From positions 167,655 through 231,654 of the forward strand of contig NMRA01000106.1 of the NCBI GenBank assembly GCA_002633005.1: a DNA stretch of 64,000 bases, given 5' to 3'. Numbering within the stretch: position 1 is the first letter of the stretch; each line of letters begins with the position of its first letter. Position numbers and translations under genes: made by a program. Shown here piece after piece: positions 23,600 to 35,600 of the stretch. This DNA is from Phoronis australis. Lineage: Eukaryota > Animalia > Phoronida. Below the pieces are notes generated by a model that saw nothing but the letters and a program-made list of their open reading frames with translations, was not told the origin of the DNA and searched no databases.

Positions 23600-24180
23600 G
23601 AGCGTTTTCTTTCTGGAACACATTACATCCGAATTTGACCCCTATTTTTGCGAGTAACCGTCACGGAATGTTCATTTCAGGTATTACGAATTCCGTATCA
23701 TCTCAGAAACACAGAGCTGAGAGTCATCATTGTGTAAACAAATTTTCCAAATTCCCCCTAATTAAGTTGCGTCTAGGGCCTTACCGAAAACTCTACAGTT
23801 TCGACGTTTGCAAAGGTCCGTCGTTATAGAAATTCCAACCACCCCCAAGCAATGCTGGCTACGGGCCTGCCATGAAATACTTTCTCTTGAACCTGGCTGT
23901 CCAGGCCCGTAGCCAGCATTGCGTGGGGGGGGGGGGGGGTTCGAAATTCTAGACCGGTGGACCTTTGATATTTTACAAACGTCGACACAGTACAATTTTC
24001 AGTAAGGCCATTGATGCAGCTTAAAGGGGAAAGGGAAATCTGTATACGCAACGATGACTCTTAGCTCTATGTTTCTGAGATGAGACGGAACATGTAATAC
24101 CAGAAATGAGTATGCTGTGGCGGTTGCTCACAAAGAACAGTACTCAAATTCGGATGTAATGTGGTCCAGCAAGAGAACTT
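23600..24180. mobile_element. Fold-back element with about 150-bp imperfect inverted arms and a nested caggcccgtagcc-type fragment
   Basis: cacattacatccgaatttga...catctcagaaacacagagctgagagtcatc (23619-23728) is mirrored by gatgactcttagctctatgtttctgagatg...tcaaattcggatgtaatgtg (24053-24163). Confidence 0.75.
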
Positions 24181-24902
24181 TCTCTCGTTACCTCCTGGTA
24201 AATTTTGAAATCAGCCATGCCTGAATGATTACACCTCATTACATGCTTGGACGGCAATATGGAGTTTAGTCGTAGAATGTATTGACGAAATTGTTTCTTG
24301 GTCGATTTCACATCGCACTATTTTTTGGAAGCTCTCTCGTTGCTGTAGATCATAAGACAAGACATTTATGCCTACAGTAAGTATAGACATTCACTTTTGG
24401 ATTCCCTTCTTGCCCTTTGGTGTTGCCACCACGCGCATTCAGTGCTGATCAAGCCTCCTCTTGTCTACACGAACACCACTCGGGCGAAGTTGGCCGGATA
24501 CCGCCCGATGTCACGTGAAGCGCATTGAAACAGAAGCAATTTCAAAATTATTACTAACTATCATTGCAGTTAGTAGTACCAGTAGTTGCAACATTTTTTT
24601 TCGATCGAACCCCCCGAACCCCCCTGGCTAGGGGCCTGCAGTCACGTATTTAATATCTGAACACATATGAGAGCACAGTATATTTATCTTCAATTGTCTA
24701 GTTTACAAATGTTATCTCGTCGTTTCGGAATTTGCCTGGATTATCTCAAGTTGAAGGCGATAAAACGTTCTCTAATTTGATAATTACTGAAAAGCTTCTC
24801 AAAGAACATTACTACGCATACAAGGTGAAGTCGCCGTATAGTCGAAGTCATAGCTGTCAATCAGTCACAAACTAAGAAAACATTTAAAAACCACTGTTAG
24901 GT

Positions 24903-25715
24903 TCATGCTATAAGAAGTGAAGAACATGTCAGGCAACCATCTGCCTTCGCCAATTCGGTGGTATCTAATGCAATTCGGCGATGTTTGTTGTAGGATTGCA
25001 AAGTCTTCCAACTTTTTGGTGCAACAATTTCACTCTGATGTACGACCGTGCCGTTTATGAACAGAACGTTGCTAGCCACGTTTTCTTCAACCTCAAAAAA
25101 TTCATAAGAAAATTTGGCTTTCTCCTTGAGTTGCCTTTTAAGGTCTTGTCCGCTTTCTGACTTACTAATTGCGATGGTTTCGTGACTGATCATGGACATA
25201 ACAGATTTAAGATGGAGTCCATTTTCAGGGACTACAAGACTCGTCACGTGATATCTCGGAAATGCTTTCGCCAGAGCATCCACGCCTGCTTCGTTTGTGC
25301 GCTTTGAGATCCCAACGAAGATTTCTCGCCCGCTAAACATAACATCGCCACCTTCGATCGTAGCATTAAGGTCATCAACATCGACCACCTTCAAACACAA
25401 AGGATTCTCGCCAAGAAATCGTCGTGCGTCCACCTCCTCGCCAGCACGGCTTTTGGCGCCCGGGCGACAAATCATGGCTGTTTTGTCGATGACCACGGCG
25501 ACGTCTTCAACAAAGACACAGTCGGGGTATTCTTCTTTGGCTGGTACATCAATTATTTGTAATCCAAGGCCTTTCAAAGTTGCCACATAGTTTTCATGTT
25601 GTTTTCTTGCTTTTTCAATAACTATGTCCGATTCGTTGCTAGAACGTATACACATAGTTTTAAAGCTGTTTGGAATGCCTCTGACTACAGCGTAACGGTA
25701 CTGAAACGAAGCCAT
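24903..25715 (-). CDS. DDAH1: N(G),N(G)-dimethylarginine dimethylaminohydrolase (DDAH), about 270 aa, single coding exon
   Basis: Uninterrupted ORF from the ATG at 25715 (MASFQYRYAVVRG) with PDCVFVED, RPGA.SR.GE, GGDVMFSGREIFVGISKRTN, LHLKS (catalytic His) and DGCLTCSS (catalytic Cys). Confidence 0.95.
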   Translation of the reverse strand: MASFQYRYAVVRGIPNSFKTMCIRSSNESDIVIEKARKQHENYVATLKGLGLQIIDVPAKEEYPDCVFVEDVAVVIDKTAMICRPGAKSRAGEEVDARRFLGENPLCLKVVDVDDLNATIEGGDVMFSGREIFVGISKRTNEAGVDALAKAFPRYHVTSLVVPENGLHLKSVMSMISHETIAISKSESGQDLKRQLKEKAKFSYEFFEVEENVASNVLFINGTVVHQSEIVAPKSWKTLQSYNKHRRIALDTTELAKADGCLTCSSLLIA

Positions 25716-25821
25716 CGTATTGAAACCTACGGCCAGTGACATAAGGAGTTGCTGTGGTACAGGGTGTCGGAGCACCTGATATCATAACCTCCTGCACGGA
25801 CGCTCATTACCAGCAATACGT

Positions 25822-25874
25822 AAACTAGGTCATCCGCTAGGTCATCCGCCAGGTTCTCTGCATAAACTAGGTCA
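25822..25874. promoter_or_regulatory. Cluster of ROR/Rev-erb-type response elements upstream of DDAH
   Basis: AAACTAGGTCA at 25822-25832 and 25864-25874 matches the WAWNTRGGTCA consensus; there is also CTAGGTCA at 25837-25844. Confidence 0.5.
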
Positions 25875-27480
25875 TCGCTTATGGACCAGTTAGCGCTTCA
25901 CACTCCGCGTGTCTCCTTGAGAGAAGCACCAGGAAGGTTGTTTTACATTTTGTAGCCCAAAATTACCAAAGCTCAATTATATTCCGTTAAAAAGGAAAGA
26001 CAAAACATATTATTACAGATGTCTGGCCAATACCAACAGTCACCACTCGTAAGCAAGTCAAAGCTGTCCTTTTTCAGTTCTCGTAATTGCCTTATCTCGC
26101 ACTACCTCAATCGACTAGTTTTTCGCAATGCAACAATACAATTCTCATAAATTCAACTTGTAATGACTCCTTTCAATTTTAAACCATGCCCAAAGTACTC
26201 GGACACAAATTATTACTAGGTTTAAAGACGTTTTTTCTCTGAAGTGGATCGTAAACAGCTCAGGTGAGTTTTCCTGACATAGTTACGTTGGTTTCAGTGG
26301 CCTAATTTTAGCTCCCATAGGCCCGGTCAAGGGCCAATCCCTGCTTCGTTTTCTCACATGCACTTTCGGGTTTTCAGCGGCGATTCCACTGATTGAAGCG
26401 ACAAAATAAGCCGAAACTTTGGCCATACCATGTTAAACATAATTTTTTCCAATTTTGCTGAAACTTGGCCACGTTTTTAATAAAATACTTATCTATGTTA
26501 TGTGCTATCGGCAAATGTGATTGGTTCATAAATAAGACCCCCACTCTGTGTTTTCTGCGAATCCCATGTATCCTGGAGGGGGCTGACTGAGTGATCTTCG
26601 TGCATGCGCAGTTCACGATTTCAATATTGCTCAGTGGTAATGTATGGTTTCACACGCTATCCGTGACGTCAGGGTGTGATGCCCGCGAACAGCGCGTGAT
26701 CATGGTATATCGCTGCGACAAAAAGTACAGCCGGGACTCAGGTCGAGGTCCATATCATTTACACTGAAGCTCCGCATCATAACAAGCCAATAAAGATTGC
26801 ATAAATGCTTCTGAATAAAAATTTAATGAAAACTATTTAATTCTACATACCGGTAATGTTCTTTGAACATTTTGTAAAAACATGATGAATAGTTACAAGA
26901 TTTGGACAAATTATCAAGTTATAAACTGACCGGAAGCCAATACCTTGGAGACCATCATTTTCCTTATTAGGCCAAAAACATATTTGGTTATGGTTTTTAC
27001 CTCGACTCATTTTGGGACCAGCGCTCGCCGACTAAAAAGAAAAATGTGGCCGCCCGCATCAATTTCAGCCAAGATCTGGTTGTTATTCTTTTAGAAATGT
27101 TGCACAAAAGCCTGTAAACAGTTGTAAGTAAAGTTTGGAACGTTATGTTTTCCAAGCGATGAGCAAAACAAGCAAACCCGCGTCATCTTTGCTCGTCTTA
27201 GGAGGATTTCCTTTTTTAAAAAGTAAGCAACTAGAATATTGCACTACCGACTTGACTTTTCAGAATATCACACACCAAATCCAACTATGATTTTATGGCC
27301 TTATGTGACTTGGACAGATTATTTCAATAATTCTCCACATTGACCGCTCGTACCTTCACACGCAATTCTTTTTAAAAACGTTTTTGGGACGTATAATGCA
27401 GAACTGGTGATTCGATCCCGGAATTTTCTTGTTAGCGTGGCAGCTGTATGAGAATGTCACCGCCATCGAAAGTCTTTTAA

Positions 27481-28961
27481 AGGAAAATGCCACCCGATTT
27501 AATTAGTCTTTCTTACCGTCTTAATCGGTCTATATCCACATCGCCTCTTATACGGTCGACTCGGCCTCACCTTGCCGAGAGGTGTCGCGTTAACCTGTGA
27601 GGAAGGTGAGAAACGACGCAGCGACGTCAGTGCTTCGTCTGCAGGGTAAATGCCGCTATATTGTGGTGCATCGTTCCCGCTTGTCCCGAACTATGAAGCT
27701 GCGAAGAAAGCGGGTATATCGTTTTTTCGACTTCCTCGAGAGCCCGAAATGCTTAGGAAGTGGCTCGCGGTAGTGAAAAATCAATAAAAGGTACGCTGTT
27801 AATAGCAAGTATGAGGCCGTGAAACATCTCCGTGTCTGTGGCCGGCATTTCGTAGACAGTGATTACTCTCGAATCCCGGCTTACCAAAGAACTATCCATA
27901 TGTTCCGTTGCCTGTGCATGATCACAGCGCCTCGTCTCTAGTATTTCTTGATCAGTGTATTCGGGTTCGAACTGATATCCTGTGAAACCTAACGATCCGA
28001 CCCGTGAAGCCTTCGTCGGATCAATACCAGGTATAGCTCATTGGTCGGATGAGCTCTTGACTAAATCGGGATTGGCGCCGGGCGAGTTGCCATGTGGACG
28101 TTTATTATTCTACGTTCTGTTTCAAAATGAATTATTCTCATCCTAATCAATGCTTATGAAACTGAAACAAAGTCTGTCTCATTAGATACAATTTGTAATG
28201 CCTTCGAGTGCTCGTAAGTGCAAATGTTTTGAGAAGCCAGCAATGAATAAACCACTGCGTTACCGGCTTTTGATGCCGGCAACAACGGTAATTCACCGGG
28301 CACCGAGGACGACTTGGGTGTAAGCGCATGCTAATTCAGTGTTGGCTGACAGAAAGCTGTTGTGAAACAATTACTCGATTTTATATGCTTTGGTCACATG
28401 TTAGGGGAATCTTTATTTAGAAATACAAATACATTATTCAAATCATTGTTACTGTACAACCTTTGCCCTGACGGTCTATGGAAGTGGAACCCGACTTCGC
28501 GGCCCCCGACAAGTAAATAGATTTTCAGTTTTGTGACTAATTCACATAATTAATTGCTTGCACATTATTGTTTCGGCTCACTATTGTAGTCTTTTCGTGA
28601 CTGGAGGTTTAGTTTCCAACTCAAGCTGGTTTATGTTCGTGCCAGTTCCGGCGGCCGCAACGATCAGCCTCATCGGGTTCCAAGCCAGTCGGGCCGGGCG
28701 GAGTCAGTCCGGCCGCGACGCCGGGCCTAGTGATCGGGTTCCTATAGCCACTGGCCGGGATAACAAGCGTTTTGTGTGTTTAGAACTAAAAATTCACAAA
28801 TATAAACATCACAGATCTAGGTTCTATTGTCTGTATTTCACGGAAGAATACTTTGAATTTATCTCCGAACAGACCCCATACTCCTGCTACGGACCTTGGT
28901 AAATTGGCCTGCCGAACTTAAATTGATACAAAATAGATTGTTTTTCGGGTGGCATTCTCCT
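27481..28961 (+). mobile_element. Kolobok-like non-autonomous DNA transposon with a frameshifted THAP-domain remnant
   Basis: TTAA|AGGAAAATGCCACCCGA ... TCGGGTGGCATTCTCCT|TTAA gives a 17-bp TIR with 1 mismatch and a TTAA TSD. Region 27650-27870 reads, across frameshifts, WCIVPAC / GISFFRLPREPEMLRKWLAVVK / HLRVCGRHFVDSDY, a C2CH THAP signature. Confidence 0.8.
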
Positions 28962-29630
28962 TTAAGCGTTTTATTTCGCGTTAACAACGTCCAAGAACGC
29001 GATCTGGTATCATTGTTAATAGCTTTGATCGGAAGTGGGTAGTTTACTGTGTTCAAGAAAGTTACAGAAATAATGTTAGCGACAATAGGAAGATTAGTTT
29101 TACATTTAAGCGCTTGTATCCTCTCCTCTGGCTTGTTTCTCCTTGTCGAAGTCAACCCATGATACATTTTAAAACACTTGCAGTTAGCAGGATAAAGAGA
29201 CATCGTTTTGAAGTTGAAAAAACGTATTTTGTGGTTAATGTTAAATTTAATAGACTTCTTGAAGTTTGTTAGTCCGACAGAGCTATACTGAAGCAACAAA
29301 ATCCGTTGGGCTTAGGCGATATTACTACAGATCGCCAATTCTCGCCGTGTCTGCATAGAATTTGCTTCAGGGGCTGCCACTGCGCAGCTAGTAGATTCGA
29401 TTCCACGCTATCTGCTATTTTAACTAAACTAATTACTTTTCTCGCCGAGAATGTACCGTTTTATGTCATCCGACGTCACGTTTGTTTTAAATAAACGTAA
29501 AATACAAACCTAAAAGGACCAAATTCATGCAAACCTGCATAATTGCATCACATGTTTTGCGTTAAAATCGACTTTTATATGACCACAAAATATTTTCTCC
29601 TATAATATAATGATTTGTTCATTTGCCCAT

Positions 29631-29740
29631 NNNNNNNNNNNNNNNNNNNNNNNNNNNNNNNNNNNNNNNNNNNNNNNNNNNNNNNNNNNNNNNNNNNNNN
29701 GAGAGGGAGATAGGGAGGGAGGGAGGGAGGGAGGGAGGGA
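29631..29740. other. Assembly gap (70 N) followed by (GGGA)n microsatellite
   Basis: N run at 29631-29700; GGGA repeats at 29701-29740. Confidence 0.95.
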
Positions 29741-30229
29741 TAGAGAAATTTATTACAGTAACCAGTGTTACTTAATTGTACACTCAGCCCAATGGGTTTT
29801 TGAACACCATTCATACACAATTTGATATGAAGCTCAAAACTTTTAAAGACATTTAAGTGAACAGAACAAGCACAACAATCACAAAATCGTTATGTTAAAA
29901 ACAATGAAGTGAACAATTTCGTGTGTAATTTTTTAAATTAAAAATCGAAAAGGTATTGTTCAGTAGGCTGTATAACACGAATGAATGAGATGCCAAAACA
30001 GAAAAAAAATCAACAGATTCACACTCCAAGATCATGATAATATTACATCAACTTCTAAAAGGTTGCCAAACATTTCCATAAAATGTTGTCAACATTTTAA
30101 AAATCTTAAAAATTTATCCGTTTGAGCAGCTCGTCAGTATTTGCCACCTGAACCCCGTACCTCACCCCCCTTCATCGCAGCCTTGTGTTGAGAATGGTGT
30201 CTTCCGAGCATCAAATCGACTCTTCCCCT

Positions 30230-30368
30230 AAAATCACGTGACGTACACGGAACTCCTTCAGTCAGATTGTTTCGCGCGGAAATTTAAAGGGCCAAATTGG
30301 ATTCGCTCGAAATTGTCGAACAGTCTAAACAAAGAAGCTCAAGGTGACAGTTCTTTGTATAGTCTTAG
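30230..30368 (+). promoter_or_regulatory. Candidate promoter and non-coding first exon of the TRAF-like gene
   Basis: TCACGTGACGT (E-box/CRE-like) at about 30234, E2F-like TTTCGCGC at about 30270, and a strong donor TAG|GTAAGT at 30368/30369. Confidence 0.45.
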
Positions 30369-31626
30369 GTAAGTTTATGCCGTAGTATAACCACGAATGA
30401 TTGACAAATGGGTGCAAATGTTCTCAGTGAACGGGATCACCGAATGATTCATTCATATTGCCTACTCACACAGCACGCAGTAATTTTCGCAATGCAGTAA
30501 ATCAATCATTTTATAGGTTTCTAAATAGGTTTCACAACACAGAGCGATTGTCTCCTGGTTTAGATAGTGATTCACATTTTCACCTGTTTTGTTTTTGAGG
30601 TGATTGTCGTTAGGTTTAATTCTACTGTAGGATCAGGTCGCAAGTCCGTAATTGTTGATCGTAACATATATGCCTACCTCTGGTTTCAACTCCAGGCGAC
30701 AGCGGTTTCTAAATCGAGGCTAAACTGTAGGCACCAGTCTCGTCCATTGTAAGCATTCCCATGCATTCCCTGACAACTTGCAGGTCAGTTTAATCTACCA
30801 CGGTCTGAGTAGAATACCATTATGAGTCACTGAAGCGGATATCAGAAAACCTTGACTAGTAAACTCCACACAATTGCGATGCGGCCTGAAATTAAGAAAT
30901 GGTAACCGAGATTTTGGCTAAATTAGTCGCACTACAGGGCAACGGAATTTGGCATTTCAACATTGCAAACACTGTCGCATTGTCTGAAAACGCCCCAGCT
31001 TCTTGAAGATATGGGCACTGCAACACCAAAAATTGCTTCAACAAAAGTGGTTTCAGTGGCTGATTTTGGCTAAATACACAGTATAAAACTTTTGGTGGTG
31101 AATTTTAAGTTCAGAGTTAAAAGTTGGGAAAATCATCAGTATAGTCATTGACTTAACAATTTATTTTCACTGTTGTTTTATTGCCTAATTGAATCACTAA
31201 TGTGATAATTTCTCTACTCCAAACTACAGGGCCTTCATATAAACAGCTAACCTTCTTGAGTACATGAGGTCTTATACAGATCTATGGGTGGTGTATAAGG
31301 TGCTAAGTTTCTAATGTGAAGTGTCAACCTATTTTATAATTTCTAGCTGGTGGTCCACTTAAACTGGAGTGACTGGTCAGAAGGGTTAAACAAATGCCTG
31401 TAAGAAACACTGCAGGCTCGCGGTTTTGGCCAAACTTTTGCATATGAAAATGTATCAATTGCTGAGTCAAATCAAACATTTTCGAACTATCATGCCTATG
31501 AACAGGCTATTTCCGCATATAAATAGGCCACTTGCAACACTGCTCCCCTCCACAAAGGACAAAATAGAAACTGTAAGAATCAGTTGCTGAGTCAAATTAA
31601 TCCCTCATCTGAGAATTGAACCTGTA

Positions 31627-31877
31627 CCAGGAGCCTGTTCCAAGAAACTGACTTAAGTTCATTTTTGACTTAAGTCTAAGATTTGTCTTAACTTCCAAAC
31701 TTTGAAATGTCCACATCCGGGAAGATAGTCAAAATTAAGACTAAGCTTGTAACAAAACTTAAATCAAACTTAATATCTCTTTCTTGAAATGGTCTTGAGA
31801 CGAATTGAAGTTTTAACGTAAAATTTAGTAAAACTTAAGATTTGTCTTAGCTAAGTCAATTTTGGAATGGGCCCCAG
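31627..31877. mobile_element. MITE with short TIRs (ggagcctgttccaa ... ttggaatgggcccc), Harbinger/Tourist-like
   Basis: Imperfect TIRs; homologous to 15220-15450. The superfamily assignment is inference. Confidence 0.65.
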
Positions 31878-32612
31878 ACCTGTGGCCGCATAAAGAAGGA
31901 TTCTACACTAACCTTTTATGAGGCATTCAATTTCAGAAGCCAAACACGTTCTCAACATTTCAATTTATTTCAGCCAGTATTTCATTACAGTGAAGACATC
32001 GCTAATGAAATAATTGTGTTGTGCAACTTAGATCAACTTTCACGCTAGGAAGGGTGGACAGCAACATGGTTTTCAAGGTTGATGTAGTTGAGAATCATTG
32101 TTCAACTTCAATTAGATACCATTGAACAATCTGGTTTCCTAGTGAAAATTGAAATTTCCTAATGAAAATTGAATATCGTAAAGAGTCAGTTTGCACAATG
32201 TTTTGTGCATTTTCATCAATGTGATTGACCTGACTGTTCATTTTTTCATCCAGAAGCCTCTGGTACTATGGCTACATTGTCTGGGACAGTTTCTGTACAA
32301 CTAATCTGCTTACAAATCTCACTTGAGCAAAAGTACAAGGTCTCTTACAATGTACACACAACTAATAGCTACTGAGATAATTAGTATGAATTATTACTAA
32401 ACTGTGATCCGCTCATAATTACTTGGATAAAAGTTGTTTTCATCAATTCTGAAGTGGGAGTATAAGAACAAAGCTTTTGCATTAAGTTTTGAAGCCACTT
32501 CCATGAAACAGACCACAGGTCGCCCGCAACAATTTTGCATTTTGTTCCTGGCTGAGGTGTTTGTTTTATTCCGTTTTCAGATTTACATCATTACCATTCA
32601 GCCCACTTTAAC

Positions 32613-35600
32613 ATGTTCCCTAGACAGAGAGACCGGCCTCGTCATGGCAGTTTTCGCTCACCTCTGGCTTACCGCAACAGGACAGTGTCGGAGAATGATG
32701 GGAAAGCCCATGGATATGATGCTTGTTTCCTTAAAGAGCTGGATCAGAAACACACATGTCCTGTCTGCTTGACTGCCATGAACGATCCTGTGCAAACAAA
32801 GTGTGGTCACCGATTTTGCTGTAGCTGTCTACGGAGAGTCTGCGGGTTAATTTAATTAGCATTTTGCAGTATTTGTATTCATAGGCCATTCCATATTTTC
32901 TAGAATGTCCTGAGTCTCATAAAAGTTTGCCAATGTGACAAGCTGAGCATTCAGTTACGGGAAATTGGACCAATGCCCCTACTTCTGTGACAGTCAAAAA
33001 CACAATCCTCCAATAACAAACTTTTATGCCAGGGGGCCTTAATATTTTTGAGTGTGCCTTGTATGCAAATGTTTAGGTGAATTCTGCTGCTATGCTCTGA
33101 AGCCCCCTGAAGGATAAATATAACATTTGATGCAGAGCATGTTTCTGTTAGGGAAGGAGATTTTTAGATACCTGTACTCCTTCTTAATCATTGTTGAATT
33201 CTCGAGGTTTGAAAAACAGCTTTTTGATCTTGGGGAAAGTTAATAATTAAATGTTTTAAAGTATGATAAGCATAACATGCTGTGAATTACAAACTCATCA
33301 GTGGTCAATTCACAGTTGTATTCAAATGCCATCTTCACACATTGAAACTTTTTGGAATAATTCTGTTGAACTAATCAGTTCTGGTACACTTGGCTTAAGA
33401 CAGCTTGCTGATAGTCAATAAATGCACATTGTTATTTGTAATCTTTGCTACCAGTCATGGTTATAGCAAAAGAATGAACTGTTTTTGGCGCTTTCTCAAA
33501 GAGCGTTTAGTTGCCATGTTTAAATGGTGCTTGTTGAGCAAAATACCGCTGTCTCCAGATTTGTAGTTGTCTTTCCAGTGTCTAGTCCGATAGATCAAGT
33601 TTGCTAACTGTGAGCCTTTTTGTCCTATATCACTGATCAATTGACCTATCACAAGCTCCACTCCCTTGCAAAGTTTTGACAAACAAACAATAACTTACCC
33701 GGCAACGTGTTGTTTGTCTGATAAAGTGGCGGTTTGGAAACAAACGTGTGTCAAGAATGCTGCCTTCTCAGTGGTCAGTTAAGCCACATATTTGTTGTTG
33801 TATATTACTCTACCACTCTACCAAGTTGTTGAACTATTTCAGAAGCAGGCGATACTTCAAATGTCCGGTGGACAACACATGGCTGGATTCTCAAGTTGAT
33901 GTGAGTGATAAAAACACACAGGTGCTAGTAATTGATACAAGGGGTCCAGACCTAAATGTACACCTTGGGTACCTTTCATACAAATAGCCTGAAAAGTGCA
34001 AGGTGCCCCTAAATGTATTCACACTTCAATTGACAGGGACTGTATTGGTTTTTTGTCTTTGGAACAGGATTTCAGATTTAACTTCATAAGAGGTGAACCA
34101 AAATGTATACATTGTTTATTAAACTTAGTATAAAGAAGATAAATTGTCTTTGCACTTTTTTTGTTGTTTTCGAGTTTCTGGTAGCATTGCACTATAAATT
34201 TCATTCTTCGAAATTGAGTCGTTTGTTTGCCATCCCAGTGCATTTACAGAGCATGCTCCTACTTTCACAAAGATGTGTAACGTTGCATGCGATAGACCCA
34301 GATTGTGGATTCTGATCCATCAGAACTGAATTTGACGTAGCCAAAATAGCGAATTATGCAATTTTTGTCTTGATCATGGTGTTGTGCCTCATTCAATTAC
34401 ACGTAGTAAACATCTGTGGTGTCAAGTTTCTCCACAAAGCAGTTTACAAACATTTCGCTGTTTCTGTGACCTTCAATCTTCAAATTAATGGGACTCCTCT
34501 CATAGATAGCTTTTCTCATTTAAAGTTGCTGGAACGTTCTTCCTTAGACGAAGGCAGAGACACCTTCATTGCATTGTGAAAACAATAATTTGAAATTTAA
34601 AGTGCACAGCCATTAACAAAACTGGAGATCTGAGAAGTATGTAAATTTTCTTCCACTGAGAGATTGCAGGCTCAAAACCTGAAGAGTTGATGCCAGTCAA
34701 GGTCAATCGTGAGCAAAACTGCTCACTCATCTCGGGAGAGTACATGGCACTGAACTACCGCTATATGAGTAATTTTGGGACACCTGGCATAAAAGCTATT
34801 GGAAAATTTAAAAAATAGGGTAGAAATTCATGTAAAAAACATGTATTGTTATGATTATTTGGTTTATTAAGAGCTTGTGTATGCATTTACGCCTGCTGAT
34901 CTCTTGTTCTCTCTTTCTTCAAACTTTTTTCTTTGCTTGTGTGGTGTTTTCCTTTCTCATGTACATACTTTTCCTCTTGAAAAATCTTCAATTTTCTCAC
35001 AGATGTGTTTACTATAATTACAAACAAAGACATTTGTCTGTGGAAGAGTAAATGGGAAGAGTATTTCATTTGGGGATCAATGTTGGTAGTGTACTCTGTT
35101 TCAAAATTCTGGTATTTGTTTTACTGCTTAAAAGTGTGAAAGAAAACATTTTGTAACTGAGAAGCTGTTCAGCGACATCTTCCTTTAACTGAATCATTGG
35201 TGTCATGAGTAAACCTGGTAATAGTTCATCAAGTGCAGTTGCAACATTCAAGCTCTAAGAACACAGACCGTAATCGTCAGACTTAAAATCTGAATGTAAA
35301 TCTCTGCAGTCACCACTCATGTATTATGGAAGTATATTACAGATGTCATGTGCATAGGTAATTATACAGAGATGGTGGTCGAATGCTTGTAGTCTGTGGT
35401 GCCATCTGTTATGTTGTCAATAATTATCATATGCTCAGTTTTAGGCATTGTTTTCTCTATAACATTTAAAAGAGAATGTAGTATCACAGTCAAACTGTAG
35501 ATTTCCTAATCAGTTTCGTTGACAGTTTTGTTAACAGCTAGTTCAGTAATATTTATGTTAGAGTTTTCATTACGTCAACAGAACACTGTTGGAACAACTT

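Noticed and set aside
24903-25715. Bacterial horizontal transfer of DDAH
   Set aside because: The motifs resemble animal DDAH and there is no bacterial gene context; lack of introns alone is insufficient.
25716-25775. 20-aa N-terminal extension of DDAH in the ORF track
   Set aside because: It arises from a GTG start allowed by the prokaryotic-style caller; family similarity begins at the ATG at 25715.
28147-28902. ORFs inside the Kolobok-like element as a second (KolX) gene
   Set aside because: No recognisable motif in these short ORFs.
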